64,000 nucleotides of DNA from Deltaproteobacteria bacterium (lineage in GTDB: Bacteria; Desulfobacterota; Binatia; UBA9968), in the NCBI GenBank assembly GCA_009692615.1, contig SHYW01000004.1:8273-72272 (forward strand). The letters run 5' to 3'. The translations under genes were made by a program, and so were the position numbers. A model generated the notes under the pieces. It searched no databases. It saw only the letters and a program-made list of their open reading frames with translations, and had not been told where the DNA came from. Shown in pieces: positions 52,585-62,708 of the stretch; the stretch's first letter is position 1, and each line of letters begins with the position of its first letter.

Positions 52585-53733
52585 ATGACTGAAATGCTTT
52601 TCCCGCGCTTCTCGGAAACTGAATACGGGCGCCGTTACGACGCCATCCGCGATGCCATGAAAAGAGAAAACCTCGACGCACTGTTGATCTCCGGTGCGCG
52701 CGGCTCGTCGGAGGTCGCCTATCTCTCGAACTACCAAGCGCAGTCGCCCTGCTGGATGATATTTCCGCGCGAAGGCGATGCCACGGTCTTGATCCATTAT
52801 TTCAATCATCAACCTTGCGCCAAAGCGCAGTCGATCGTCGACGATGTCCGATGGTACGGGCCGACGCCGATGCCGACGTTGGTCGAAGAGATTCGCAAGC
52901 GCGGACTGAGCAAAAGCAAAATCGGCCTGGTCAGCATGCGCGCCATGGCGTACGGCAGCGTGACCGAATTGCTGCGCCAGTTTCCAGAAGCGGATTTCGT
53001 CGAGTTCGGCCCGCAGTTCGGCAGAATACGCCGCGTGCGCAGCGAAGCAGAGCTGGTCTATCTTCGCAAAAGCGGCTATCTCACCGACCTCGCTTGCGAA
53101 GCGTTGGAAAACAACCTACGGCCCGGCCTGACGGAACAAGATGTTCTCTCGATCGTCTACAACGCCTACGTGAAAAACGGCGGCGATCCGGGCATCCACT
53201 TCATCGCGTCAACGAACATGGACAACCCCGACCGCTTCGTCCCCTGGCAGCGTCAGACATCACGCGTGCTCGAAAAAGGTAGCATCGTCATCACCGAACT
53301 CACCGTCAGTTACTGGGGCTACTCGACGCAAATCCATCGCCCCTTCGCGATCGGCAAAGAACCTGCGCCGATTTACCGCAAACTCTTCGACGCCGCCTAC
53401 GAATGCTACGAAAGCGTGCGCAAAGTTTGCAAACCCGGCACCACTAGCGAACAGATCGTCGCGGCAACATCAGCCATCGAAGATAACGGATTCACCAGCT
53501 ATGACAGCGTCTTTCACGGCGAAGCCGGTAAATCTCCCGAGCTTGGCACGAAATCAGCAACTCATCCGCTAGAAAAATGGACGCTCGAAGAAAACATGGT
53601 TCATGTCATTCAACCCAATCCGGTCACCAAAGATTTTACGGCGGGCTTGCAGCTCGGCGCCGCCGTCGTGGTAAAACCGAATGGCGGCGAGGCGCTGCAC
53701 GACTATCCGTTTAAATTTTCCGTATGCGGGTGA
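52585..53733 (+). CDS. M24-family metallopeptidase (creatinase/prolidase-like)
   Basis: 382 aa with a creatinase-type N-domain plus a pita-bread domain (GSIVITELTVSYWGY, VFHGEAG, MVHVIQPN). Confidence 0.7.
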   Translation: MTEMLFPRFSETEYGRRYDAIRDAMKRENLDALLISGARGSSEVAYLSNYQAQSPCWMIFPREGDATVLIHYFNHQPCAKAQSIVDDVRWYGPTPMPTLVEEIRKRGLSKSKIGLVSMRAMAYGSVTELLRQFPEADFVEFGPQFGRIRRVRSEAELVYLRKSGYLTDLACEALENNLRPGLTEQDVLSIVYNAYVKNGGDPGIHFIASTNMDNPDRFVPWQRQTSRVLEKGSIVITELTVSYWGYSTQIHRPFAIGKEPAPIYRKLFDAAYECYESVRKVCKPGTTSEQIVAATSAIEDNGFTSYDSVFHGEAGKSPELGTKSATHPLEKWTLEENMVHVIQPNPVTKDFTAGLQLGAAVVVKPNGGEALHDYPFKFSVCG

Positions 53734-53755
53734 AATCGATTTATGAAAAAACGTA

Positions 53756-54400
53756 ATGACTGAACCAACCGTCGAAATTCTCGCCTTCGACGTTTTCGGC
53801 GCCGTCGTCGATTGGCGCTCAAGCGTAATCGCCGAAATCGAACAGCTCGCCAAAGCCAAAGGTCTCGACATCGACTGTGCCGCCTTCGCTGACGCTTGGC
53901 GGGCGATTTATCGGCCCTACATGGACAAAGTGCAGAACGGCGAACTGCCGTGGACGAAGTTGGACGATCTCCATCGCATGATGCTCGCCGAGACGCTGAA
54001 AAAGTTCGACATACTGAAACTCAGCGATGACGAGAAAGAAAATCTCAATCGCGTCTGGCATCGGCTCAACCCCTGGCCGGATTCCGTGCCGGGACTGCAA
54101 CGGCTGAAATCGAGATTCGTCATCACGACGCTGTCCAACGGTAATATTTCGCTATTAACAAACATGGCCAAACACGCCGGCCTGCCGTGGGATTGCATCC
54201 TATCGGCGGAAAACGTGCGCCGCTACAAACCGGCGCCGGAAGTCTATCTATTACCGCTCCGACTCTTCGATCTCAAACCCGAAGAGGTCATGATGGTCGC
54301 CGCGCATGAACATGATCTGCAATCCGCGAGTAAACATGGACTGCGCACGGCATATGTACATCGGCGGATGGACCGTGGACAGGGAAAAGAATCGGCCTAG
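53756..54400 (+). CDS. Haloacid dehalogenase type II-like HAD hydrolase
   Basis: 214 aa. LAFDVFGAVVDW (nucleophile Asp), TTLSNGN, RYKPAPEVY, MVAAHEHDL. Confidence 0.7.
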   Translation: MTEPTVEILAFDVFGAVVDWRSSVIAEIEQLAKAKGLDIDCAAFADAWRAIYRPYMDKVQNGELPWTKLDDLHRMMLAETLKKFDILKLSDDEKENLNRVWHRLNPWPDSVPGLQRLKSRFVITTLSNGNISLLTNMAKHAGLPWDCILSAENVRRYKPAPEVYLLPLRLFDLKPEEVMMVAAHEHDLQSASKHGLRTAYVHRRMDRGQGKESA

Positions 54401-54483
54401 CCCCCGGCAGGAAGATTCGACATCTTAACCGCTGACTTTTTAGATCTTGCCAAGCAACTTGGCGTTTAACCGAAGGAGCTATC

Positions 54484-55479
54484 TTGTTTGCACGAGCTTT
54501 GACAATCGTTTTAATTCTAGCTTTCTCCGTCCTCGGACTAGGCCGCGCAGAAGCCCAGCGCCTGCGCGCCGCCAGCGGCGGGCTTTCGGTGATCCATTCG
54601 CTGCTCTGGGTCACCTACGACCAGAAGCTTTTGAAAAAGTACGGATTCGATTTGGAATACATCGCCATCGAGAACGGCACGGTGGGCATGCAGGCATTGA
54701 TTGCCAACGAAGCGCAGTTTCTTTTTTCCACCTCGTCCCTCGCCGTGAGCGCCAACCTACGAGGCTCGGACATCGCCGTGGTCGGCGGCGGATTGAACTT
54801 CATTCCCGACAAACTGATCGTCCGACCGGAGATCAAGCAGCCGGAAGATCTCGCCGGCAAACGTTTGGCGATCAGCCGCTTCGGCTCGTCGTCCGAAGTC
54901 AGCGCCAAGCTCACGCTGGAAAAAGTCGGCGTCAAACCGGAAAGTGTTTCGTTGATTCAGCTAGGCGGCGTTTCCACGCGCCAAGCGGCATTGATGGCCG
55001 GCCAAGTCCAAGCGACGATTTTGAGCGATCCCCAGGCGACGGCGGCGGTCAATGCCGGCATGAAACTTTGGGTCGACTTATCCGAGAGCAAATGGGGCCT
55101 GCCGCGCTTTTGCTTCAACTGCTTCATGGCGAAGCGGAGCTTTCTCGAATCGAATCGCGCCGCCGCCATCGGCTTTCTCAAGGCGGTGATCGAAGGACTC
55201 TATCTGCTTAAAAAAGACAAACCTCTCGGCGTACGGCTGATCAAGAAATATTTGCGTCTGAACGACGAAGCGGCGTCCATCGGTTACGACTTCTATATCG
55301 CCAAACATGGCGAAGGTCTGCTCAGTCTGCCGGAGCGCAAGGGAATGGAATTTGTCATCGCCGAAACCGCCAAAACCAATCCCGCCGCGGCCAAGGCGAC
55401 GCCGGAAAGTCAGCGCCTGGTGGAAGGAAGCTTGCTAGATGAGATTAAAGCCAGCGGCTTTGTCGAGCGCTTCAAGTAA
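54484..55479 (+). CDS. NMT1/THI5-like (NitT/TauT-family) ABC substrate-binding protein
   Basis: TTG start with RBS aaggag 6 nt upstream. It has the signal ALTIVLILAFSVLGLGRAEA and the core LKKYGFDLEYIAIENGTVGMQALIANEAQF. Confidence 0.75.
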   Translation: MFARALTIVLILAFSVLGLGRAEAQRLRAASGGLSVIHSLLWVTYDQKLLKKYGFDLEYIAIENGTVGMQALIANEAQFLFSTSSLAVSANLRGSDIAVVGGGLNFIPDKLIVRPEIKQPEDLAGKRLAISRFGSSSEVSAKLTLEKVGVKPESVSLIQLGGVSTRQAALMAGQVQATILSDPQATAAVNAGMKLWVDLSESKWGLPRFCFNCFMAKRSFLESNRAAAIGFLKAVIEGLYLLKKDKPLGVRLIKKYLRLNDEAASIGYDFYIAKHGEGLLSLPERKGMEFVIAETAKTNPAAAKATPESQRLVEGSLLDEIKASGFVERFK

Positions 55480-55588
55480 TCGATCCAAGCGAAAAGCAGA
55501 TGGCAAATCACCGACTCTTTCACCCAGCGATCCCTACAAATAGAGAAGTCTGCGCGCCATTGTCGGTAGAACCAAGAAAGGTGGGCGC

Positions 55589-56902
55589 ATGCAGTTGAAT
55601 CGAGAATCGCTCAAAGATATCTTGATCACCGTCGTCCTGCCGCTGCTCGCGGTGACCGGCGCATTCTGGGTCGCCGCCAAATTCGTCAAGCCCGCGCCGC
55701 CCGATAGTTTTGTTATGACTACCGGTGCCGATGGCGGCGCTTATCATCTGTTCGCGCAACGCTACCGCGACATTCTCAAACGGGAAAAGATCACGGTTAC
55801 GCTGAAACCGTCGGCGGGCTCCATCGACAATTTGCAGCGCTTACAGAAGAGCGACAGCGGTTTTGACGTTGGCTTGATTCAGGCCGGCGTCGTTCTCGGT
55901 GAACCGCCCGCGGGCCTGCGTTCCCTCGGCGCGGTGGCTTACGAACCGTTGTGGATTTTTTATCGCGGCAAAGAAGACCTCGACAAACTGAGTCAGCTCG
56001 CCGGCAAGCGCGTCGCCGTCGGCGCCGAAGGCAGCGGCACCCGCGCCCTCGCGCTGCAATTATTAAAAATTAGCGGCATCGACGGCTCGACCAGCGAACT
56101 GTTACCGATTGGCGGCAATGAAGCGGTAAGCGCGCTCATCGAAGAATCGGTCGACGCCGCGCTGTTGGTCGCGTCAGCCGACGCGCCCACAGTGCAAACC
56201 TTGGCCAAAGCCAAAGACATCAAGCTGGCAAATTTAATCCAGGCCGAAGCGTTCACGCGCCGCTTCCCTTATCTGACCTCCATGCAGTTGCCGCGCGGAG
56301 CCGTCGACATCGCCGCCGACTTGCCGGCGCGCGACGTCACCTTGATCGCCACCACCGCCAACTTGATCGTCAAAGAAGATTTTCACCCGGCGTTGGGCTA
56401 CTTGCTGCTGCAAGCCGCCAGCGAAGTCCACGGCCGCTCCGGCATGCTGCAAAAGGCCGGCGACTTTCCCGCCGCCAAGGAAATTGAATTCGTTCTCGCC
56501 GACGAAGCCAAGCGCTTTTACAAAACCGGCACGCCGTTCTTGCAGCGCTACTTGCCCTTCTGGGTGGCGAATTTAATCGAACGCATGGCAGTGTTGTTGC
56601 TGCCGCTGGTCGCCGTGCTCTTGCCGCTGTTTAAAATTCTGCCGGCGCTGATCCAATGGCGCAACAAATCGCGCCTGTTCAAATGGTACGGCGAGTTGAA
56701 ATATTTGGAAGCCCAGGCCGCGGCCGACCCCGAGGTCGCGCAACTCGGCAACTATCTCCATCGTCTCGACGATATCGAAATCGGCATCAACAATACCCGG
56801 GTGAGCGCAAACTATTCCGACTACGTTTACAACCTGCGTCTCCATGTCAACCTCGTGCGTGATCGGCTGCACAGGATTACCCAACAAAGCCAAACCGGCT
56901 AG
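55589..56902 (+). CDS. TAXI-family TRAP-type solute-binding protein with N- and C-terminal membrane anchors
   Basis: 437 aa. FVMTTGADGGAYHLFAQRYRDIL..SAGSIDNLQRL. The C-terminal TM block is FWVANLIERMAVLLLPLVAVLLPLFKILPALI. Confidence 0.7.
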   Translation: MQLNRESLKDILITVVLPLLAVTGAFWVAAKFVKPAPPDSFVMTTGADGGAYHLFAQRYRDILKREKITVTLKPSAGSIDNLQRLQKSDSGFDVGLIQAGVVLGEPPAGLRSLGAVAYEPLWIFYRGKEDLDKLSQLAGKRVAVGAEGSGTRALALQLLKISGIDGSTSELLPIGGNEAVSALIEESVDAALLVASADAPTVQTLAKAKDIKLANLIQAEAFTRRFPYLTSMQLPRGAVDIAADLPARDVTLIATTANLIVKEDFHPALGYLLLQAASEVHGRSGMLQKAGDFPAAKEIEFVLADEAKRFYKTGTPFLQRYLPFWVANLIERMAVLLLPLVAVLLPLFKILPALIQWRNKSRLFKWYGELKYLEAQAAADPEVAQLGNYLHRLDDIEIGINNTRVSANYSDYVYNLRLHVNLVRDRLHRITQQSQTG

Positions 56903-56915
56903 GGAGAAATACGCC

Positions 56916-57395
56916 ATGATCAAAGGACTGCATCACAGCGCCTACCGTTGCCGCGACTCGGAACAGACGCGCAAGTTCTACGAAGATTTTCTCGGCTTGA
57001 AATTGGTCGGGTCCCTGGCGATCAAAGACCGGCCGAAACTTGCCAAGAGCAACGTGCTGCACACCTTCTTTCAGATGGACGACGGATCGTGCTTGGCATT
57101 TTTCGAAGCTCTGGACATGCCCTTCGAGTTCAAAGCGCAACAAGATTTCGACTTGCACATCGCCTTGGAAGTCGACGAACCGACGCTGCACGCGATGTTC
57201 GCCAAGGGAAAAGAACAGGGCATCGATACCCGCGGCATCGCCGACCACGGCATGGTGCACTCGATTTACTTCCGCGATCCCAACGGCTACGTCGTCGAGC
57301 TAACGACAAAAATGCCAAGCCACGACGAAGCGATGAATCCGGCAACGAACAAGGCCCGCGCGATCCTCGACGACTGGCAGCAAATGAAAGCGTAA
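56916..57395 (+). CDS. VOC (glyoxalase/extradiol dioxygenase) family protein
   Basis: ATG at 56916 inside track ORF 56844-57395. MIKGLHHSAYRCRDSEQTRKFYEDFLGL..HSIYFRDPNGYVVEL. Confidence 0.8.
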   Translation: MIKGLHHSAYRCRDSEQTRKFYEDFLGLKLVGSLAIKDRPKLAKSNVLHTFFQMDDGSCLAFFEALDMPFEFKAQQDFDLHIALEVDEPTLHAMFAKGKEQGIDTRGIADHGMVHSIYFRDPNGYVVELTTKMPSHDEAMNPATNKARAILDDWQQMKA

Positions 57396-57418
57396 AGCGG
57401 TATAGCATTCGAATTCTG

Positions 57419-57492
57419 CTTTTGCGTCCCTTTGCGTTCTTTGCGGCCAATCCTCCGATTCCGGTAGGGGACGGTCGCGACCGTCCCCTACA
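57419..57492. repeat. REP pair: cttttgcgtccctttgcgttctttgcggccaatcctccgattccg + perfect palindrome gtaggggacggtcgcgaccgtcccctac
   Basis: The first half is homologous to 1939-1983. The second belongs to the gtagggg..cccctac hairpin family. Confidence 0.8.
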
Positions 57493-57502
57493 TCGAAGCA
57501 AC

Positions 57503-58719
57503 CTATTCCGCCAAACGCTTAAGGCGCGCGCCGAGGAAGATGTAACCGACCAGCGCCAAGACGATCGCACCCGCGGCGATGGCGATGGGCGCGCTGGTCC
57601 ATTCGGCGACGAATCCTGCTTGCATGCCGCCCAACTCGCGCAAGCCGCCGCCGGTGAGACCGTAAAATCCCGACACTCGCCCACGATACGATTCCTCGAC
57701 GCGTAACTGAATCGATGTATTGAGCAAGGTTTCGAACACCGTGCTGAGCGCGCCGACGACGACCAACGTGGCAAACGCAAGCCAAGCAACCGTGTTAAGC
57801 GCGAAGAAGCACAGGCAGATCGAAAACGCCAACAACAGCGCAACCAAGATCGGTCGGCGTGATCGCACGCGGCCGACTGACGCCAAGGTCAATGAACCGA
57901 TGATCGTGCCAAGGCCGGGACCGGCGGAGATGAAACCGAATCCCGACGCGCCGACGTGCAGAACTTCCTTGGCGACCACCGGCAGCAAAGTAATGTAGGA
58001 GCGGCCAAAAATATTGAACAGCGCCGATACCGAGAGAAAAGTCATGATGATGCGCTCGCCGCGCACGTAGGTAAACGCCGGCTCAAACTCTCCAACACGC
58101 TGGACTTCGGCGCCTCGACATTTTTCGGGACATGCATGCGCAGCAGCGCGCCGATGACCGCGAGATAGCTGATAACGTTGGCGTAGAAACAGCCGTCGAT
58201 GCCGATGTAAGCGACGGAAACGCCGACCAGACTCGGACCGATCAATCCCGCGCCGTTCCAAGTGAGTGCGTTTAAAGCGATGGCATTGACCAACACGTCG
58301 CGATCGACCAACTGCGGCAGCAGCGCTTGGCGCACCGGCTGTTCGAAGGCCCAGGTCGTCGAAGTGATCGCGCCAAGCACGAAGATATGCCAGACGCGGA
58401 TCGAATCGGTCGAGATCAGCAGCGCCAACACCAGCGCGGTCAGCGCGGCGATGATTTGAATCGCCAGCAACACCTTGCGCCGGTCGATACGATCGGACAT
58501 GACGCCGCCGAGAATAAAAAAGCTCAGCAGCAAGACCATGCGCAGCGAACTGAACAGACCAAGATAAAGCGGCGACGCGGTGAGATCGAAGAGCAGCCAG
58601 CCCATGGCGATGCTCTGCATCCATGAGCCGACGTTGGAGACGAAGTAGCTCGACCAAAACCAAAAATAGTTGGGATAACTGAGTGCGCGAAAGGCGCCGG
58701 AGCTGCGATCGAATTTCAA
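57503..58719 (-). pseudogene. MFS transporter (EntS/MFS_3-like) disrupted by a frameshift near 58075-58100
   Basis: The N-half is track ORF 58042-58719 (..SNVGSWMQSIAMGWLLFDLT..). The C-half sits in another frame of ORF 57503-58663 (..AFTYVRGERIIMTFLSVSALFNIFG..). The junction reads ..SSVLESLSRRL vs VGEFEPAFTYVRG. Confidence 0.7.
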
Positions 58720-58782
58720 ATCATTGCCAGATCAAGTGGATTGTTTAAGTGAAAGCCCGGAACATCGAACTCGATACACGCG

Positions 58783-59757
58783 TCACGGAACCTTGTAGCC
58801 CAACTCCTTCGCCACTTCTCGGGCGATGCGGTCGTCGGCGATCTCGTCGAAGGCGACCTTGCGATCGGTGAATTGACCGGCGGCTTGGAGCGACTTCATA
58901 ATCAAGTCCATCCCCTCGTGCGTCGGCACGCCGCTACCGCTGACGGTCTTTTTAAGAGCGTCGTAAGTGTCCTCCGCCGCCTCTTTATCGACCTGCAAGT
59001 ATTTCAACATCAGCGCCGTGGCTTTTTCCTTGGAGCGCAGCACTTCTTGCTTGGCCAATTGCAGCGAGCGCAGCACGCGCTTTACTTCGTCGGGACGGTT
59101 GCGGAGCGTCGACACCATGGTGGTCAAGCCGCCCAGCGGCATTTTTACTTTCGAGCCGACATCGAGCACTTCGCGAAAACGTTTCTTCTTAGCGTAAAAA
59201 TCGAAGGGCGGGCTGAACATCGCCGCCTCGACAGTGCCGGTTTCCAACGCCGGCAGCATCTGCGCCGCACCGAGCACGACGTAAACGAAATTCTTCGGAT
59301 TCTCCCCGGCGGCTTCGAGGGCGATCTGCAGGGCGACATGTGACGTGCCGCCGAGCCCCGTGATACCGATTTTCTTGCCGCGCAGATCGCGCAGATTCGG
59401 TATCTCGGGGCGGGCCATCAGGGAATAAATCAACTGGTCCGAGGCAAACCACACGCCGCGCGACTGCATGCCGCGCAAAGTGGCGGTTACGGAAGCCGGC
59501 CCGACGCCGGTGAAATATTGAATCTCGTTGGCCATCATCGCCATATTGCCGATCTGCGAACGGATCTGCACGATCTCGACATGCAACCCGTTCTCCTCGA
59601 AAATCTTCCATTGAATTCCGCCGTACAAAGCCAAACAGCAAATACCGCCGCTCGGATAGGCGACACGGATTTTACGCAGCTCCTGCGCGCTCGCCGCCGC
59701 GGCGAACCCGCCAAGCAAGGCGATGACGATCGCCCGACGAAACAATTTTCTGTGCAT
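58783..59757 (-). CDS. NMT1/THI5-like (NitT/TauT-family) ABC substrate-binding protein
   Basis: 324 aa with the signal AIVIALLGGFAAAASA. IRVAYPSGGICCLALYGGIQWKIFEENGLHVEIVQI. Confidence 0.75.
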   Translation of the reverse strand: MHRKLFRRAIVIALLGGFAAAASAQELRKIRVAYPSGGICCLALYGGIQWKIFEENGLHVEIVQIRSQIGNMAMMANEIQYFTGVGPASVTATLRGMQSRGVWFASDQLIYSLMARPEIPNLRDLRGKKIGITGLGGTSHVALQIALEAAGENPKNFVYVVLGAAQMLPALETGTVEAAMFSPPFDFYAKKKRFREVLDVGSKVKMPLGGLTTMVSTLRNRPDEVKRVLRSLQLAKQEVLRSKEKATALMLKYLQVDKEAAEDTYDALKKTVSGSGVPTHEGMDLIMKSLQAAGQFTDRKVAFDEIADDRIAREVAKELGYKVP

Positions 59758-59854
59758 AGTGCGCTCCCTGCCTCCGGTTTATGCCATCGTTGTAAGTCCG
59801 TCAAATGATCCGCCTTTGGGGTGTGTTTCATTTTGTTTTTAACATCGCATCTCA

Positions 59855-59915
59855 CTGTAGGGGCCGACCTGCGTGTCGGCCCTCTGAACGGGCGGACACA
59901 TAGGTCCGCCTCTAC
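59855..59915. repeat. REP pair ctgtaggggccgacctgcgtgtcggccctc + gggcggacacataggtccgcctctac
   Basis: The first hairpin is near-identical to 9395-9425. Confidence 0.8.
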
Positions 59916-59993
59916 AAATTCAGGCGAAACTGAATCACTACCCGCCTTTGGCATTAGTTGACAGTCTCCTCACGCCCATGTTTAGTGACCGTC

Positions 59994-60944
59994 ATGCGCA
60001 GCAAGATTTTCTTTCTGGCCCTGCTCCTGCTCTTTGACAGTTCCCCAGCGTTCGCCCAACTGAAAAAAGTTCGCTTCTCGGTGAGCGCCGCATCCATCGC
60101 CGAACTGCCCTTTCGCATCGCCCATGTCAAAGGCTTCTATCGCGAAGAAGGGCTCGACGTCGAAGTGATCTTCATTCGCGGCGCGGTGGGCATGCAGGCG
60201 TTGCTCGGCGGCTCGGTGGATTTCACCTCGGCGTCGGGCTCGACCATCGCGGCGGCTGTGCGCGGTATCCCAGTGAAATTAGTTTTCATCGCCTCGGCCA
60301 AACCGCAGTTCGACATGGTCGCGCAAAAAGAGATTCGCTCGATGAACGACCTCAAAGGCAAATTCGTCGGCATCTCGTCGCGCGGCGGCGCCATCGATTT
60401 GCTTACTCAACTGATGGTCCAGAAACATGGCTTAACGCCGAACAAAGACGTCACCAGCCTGGTCATCGGCGGGCAAGAAGACACGGTGCTGGCGCTGCGC
60501 GCCGGCCGCATCGCCGCGGCGTTATTGACTCCGCCCCGGCCGTTGATATTGCAGCGCGAAGGTTTTAACCGCATCGGCTATTCCGGCGACTACATGCCGA
60601 CCTACCCGAGCGGCGGCATCGGCGTCACCGATGAGACGATCAAGAGCAAAACGCCGGAACTGCAAGCCTTCGTCAAAGCCAGCGTGCGCGGCTTGCAATA
60701 CGCCCGGCAAAATCGCGCCGACGCGAAAAAGCTCGTCGCCGATTATTTCGCCATCAAAGACGCCGCCCTGGCCGAGCAATTTTTCGACTTGTACTTGAGC
60801 CGCCTGCCGGTGAACGGTTCCGCCGACGAAGCCTGGATGAAAGGCGCCATCGAGTTCACTCAAAAGAGTTTAGGCGACGCATCCAAGGAAGCGAGCATGA
60901 GTCAAGTTTTCGATTTCAGTTTCGTGAATCGTGCGGTGCGATAA
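59994..60944 (+). CDS. NMT1/THI5-like (NitT/TauT-family) ABC substrate-binding protein
   Basis: ATG at 59994 (MRSKIFFLALLLLFDSSPAFA) within track ORF 59958-60944. The core is VRFSVSAASIAELPFRIAHVKGFYREEGLDVEVIFI. Confidence 0.75.
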   Translation: MRSKIFFLALLLLFDSSPAFAQLKKVRFSVSAASIAELPFRIAHVKGFYREEGLDVEVIFIRGAVGMQALLGGSVDFTSASGSTIAAAVRGIPVKLVFIASAKPQFDMVAQKEIRSMNDLKGKFVGISSRGGAIDLLTQLMVQKHGLTPNKDVTSLVIGGQEDTVLALRAGRIAAALLTPPRPLILQREGFNRIGYSGDYMPTYPSGGIGVTDETIKSKTPELQAFVKASVRGLQYARQNRADAKKLVADYFAIKDAALAEQFFDLYLSRLPVNGSADEAWMKGAIEFTQKSLGDASKEASMSQVFDFSFVNRAVR

Positions 60945-60950
60945 AGATTG

Positions 60951-61034
60951 CCCTCTCCCATCGGAATGGGCGAGGGAGTCGGAATCGATTTTGTTCCCTC
61001 GACCGCAACGCGGGAGAGGGTTAGGGTGAGGGCA
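60951..61034. repeat. Paired REP hairpins (ccctctcccatcggaatgggcgagggag ... ccctcgaccgcaacgcgggagagggttagggtgaggg)
   Basis: The motif set is the same as at 15553-15600 and 48643-48740. Confidence 0.8.
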
Positions 61035-61054
61035 GCAAAATAAAGATTCTGAGT

Positions 61055-62674
61055 ATGCCAACCAGCCCCACACACACTCCCGTTCTCATCGCCGGCGCCG
61101 GCCCAGTTGGTCTCGCCCTCGCCAGTGAACTCGCTTATCGAAATATTCGCTGCTTAGTCGTCGAACAAACCGACGGCAGCGTCGACTTTCCGACGACCAA
61201 CTTGGCCAACACCCGCACCGTCGAACACCTGCGCCGCTGGGGCCTCGCCGATCGTATGCGCTACCAATCCGGCTATCCCACCGACTATCCGCGCAATTAT
61301 TTATTCGTCACGCGCATGGATGGCCATCTGATCGCCCGCTTCGATCATCCGGCCAACGGCGCGCCCGACGCGCGTTCGCCCTACAGCCCCGAAGGCCGGT
61401 TGTGGATTTCCAAACCCTACTTCGATCCGGTTTTGCGCGCCCATGTCGCGACGCTGCCGCAGGTCGAAGTGCGCTACGAGACTTCGTTCGAATCGTTTCA
61501 GCAAAACGACAACGGCGTCAGTGCCAAAGTCCTCGACAAAAAAACCGGTAGGAGCGAAATCATCGAAGCCGATTATCTCGTCGGCTGCGACGGCGGCCGG
61601 AGCAACATTCGCCGCGCCATCGAGATAAAATACGCCGGAGTTTTTTCCCAAGGCATGAACGTCGCCGTGCTGTTTCGCTCGCCGTTGTTGAAATTAATTA
61701 CCCACGGCCCGGCGGTGCAGTATCAAATCATCAACGCCCAGTTGAACGGCGCCATCGCCGCCGTCGACGGCAAAGAACTTTGGCGTTTGAACATCCGCAA
61801 CGTCAAACAAGAGCAGATCGATGGCTTGAACGCGCCGGAAAAACTGAGCTTCGCCCTCGGGCCGGACATTCCGTTTGAGTTGCTCGCCGTGCGCCCCTGG
61901 ACCGGCCACTGCGTGGTCGCCGACAGTTACCAAAAAGGCCGAGTCTTTCTCGCCGGCGACGCGGCGCATTTGAACTGGCCCGCCGGCGGCTTCGGCATGA
62001 ACACCGGCGTCGGCGACGCCGTCGACATCGGCTGGAAGCTCGCCGCCGTGCTCCAAGGCTGGGGCGGCGCGAATTTGTTAAATAGCTACACCGCGGAAAG
62101 AAAACCCATCGCCATGATCAACGTCAACGAAGCCGCCGAAATGCGCGCCAGCTTCGACAACCAAACGCCCTTCGCGCCGCAAATCGGCGACGACAGCGAC
62201 GAAGGTCAAGCGCTGCGCGAAAAAGCCCGCGCCGCGATCATGCGCACCCGGGCGAAAGAATTTCAGCACGACTCGGTCGGCATCGAACTCGGCTACCGCT
62301 ACGAGAACTCACCGATCTGCGTCGCCGACGGCACGCCCGCGCCGGAACTCGACCACGGCCTCTACGTCGCATCAACTTGGCCCGGCGCCCGCGCGCCCCA
62401 CGTCCAACTAAAAGACGGCCGCTCGACGCTAGATCTTTATGGCAAAACTTTTGTTCTGTTGAATTTCTCCGCCACGAACACGACCACGATCACGAACAGC
62501 GCCAAGCAAGTCGGCTTGCCGCTGGAAGTAATAGCCATCGATGAACCGACGGTACGCGAAATCTACGAACACGATTTAGTCCTAGTCCGCCCCGACGGCC
62601 ACGTCGCCTGGCGAGGCAATTCAATTCTAGCGAACCTCACCAAAATCATCGACAAAGTCCGCGGCGTAATATGA
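61055..62674 (+). CDS. FAD-dependent aromatic-ring monooxygenase (PheA/TfdB-type flavoprotein hydroxylase)
   Basis: 539 aa. It has VLIAGAGPVGLALASELAYRNIRCLVVEQ (GxGxxG), DYLVGCDGGRSNIR, and FLAGDAAHLNWPAGGFGMNTGVGDAVDIGWKL. Confidence 0.85.
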   Translation: MPTSPTHTPVLIAGAGPVGLALASELAYRNIRCLVVEQTDGSVDFPTTNLANTRTVEHLRRWGLADRMRYQSGYPTDYPRNYLFVTRMDGHLIARFDHPANGAPDARSPYSPEGRLWISKPYFDPVLRAHVATLPQVEVRYETSFESFQQNDNGVSAKVLDKKTGRSEIIEADYLVGCDGGRSNIRRAIEIKYAGVFSQGMNVAVLFRSPLLKLITHGPAVQYQIINAQLNGAIAAVDGKELWRLNIRNVKQEQIDGLNAPEKLSFALGPDIPFELLAVRPWTGHCVVADSYQKGRVFLAGDAAHLNWPAGGFGMNTGVGDAVDIGWKLAAVLQGWGGANLLNSYTAERKPIAMINVNEAAEMRASFDNQTPFAPQIGDDSDEGQALREKARAAIMRTRAKEFQHDSVGIELGYRYENSPICVADGTPAPELDHGLYVASTWPGARAPHVQLKDGRSTLDLYGKTFVLLNFSATNTTTITNSAKQVGLPLEVIAIDEPTVREIYEHDLVLVRPDGHVAWRGNSILANLTKIIDKVRGVI

Positions 62675-62708
62675 GCGTCATAGTTTTCATCCTAATCCGA
62701 TCCGACGT

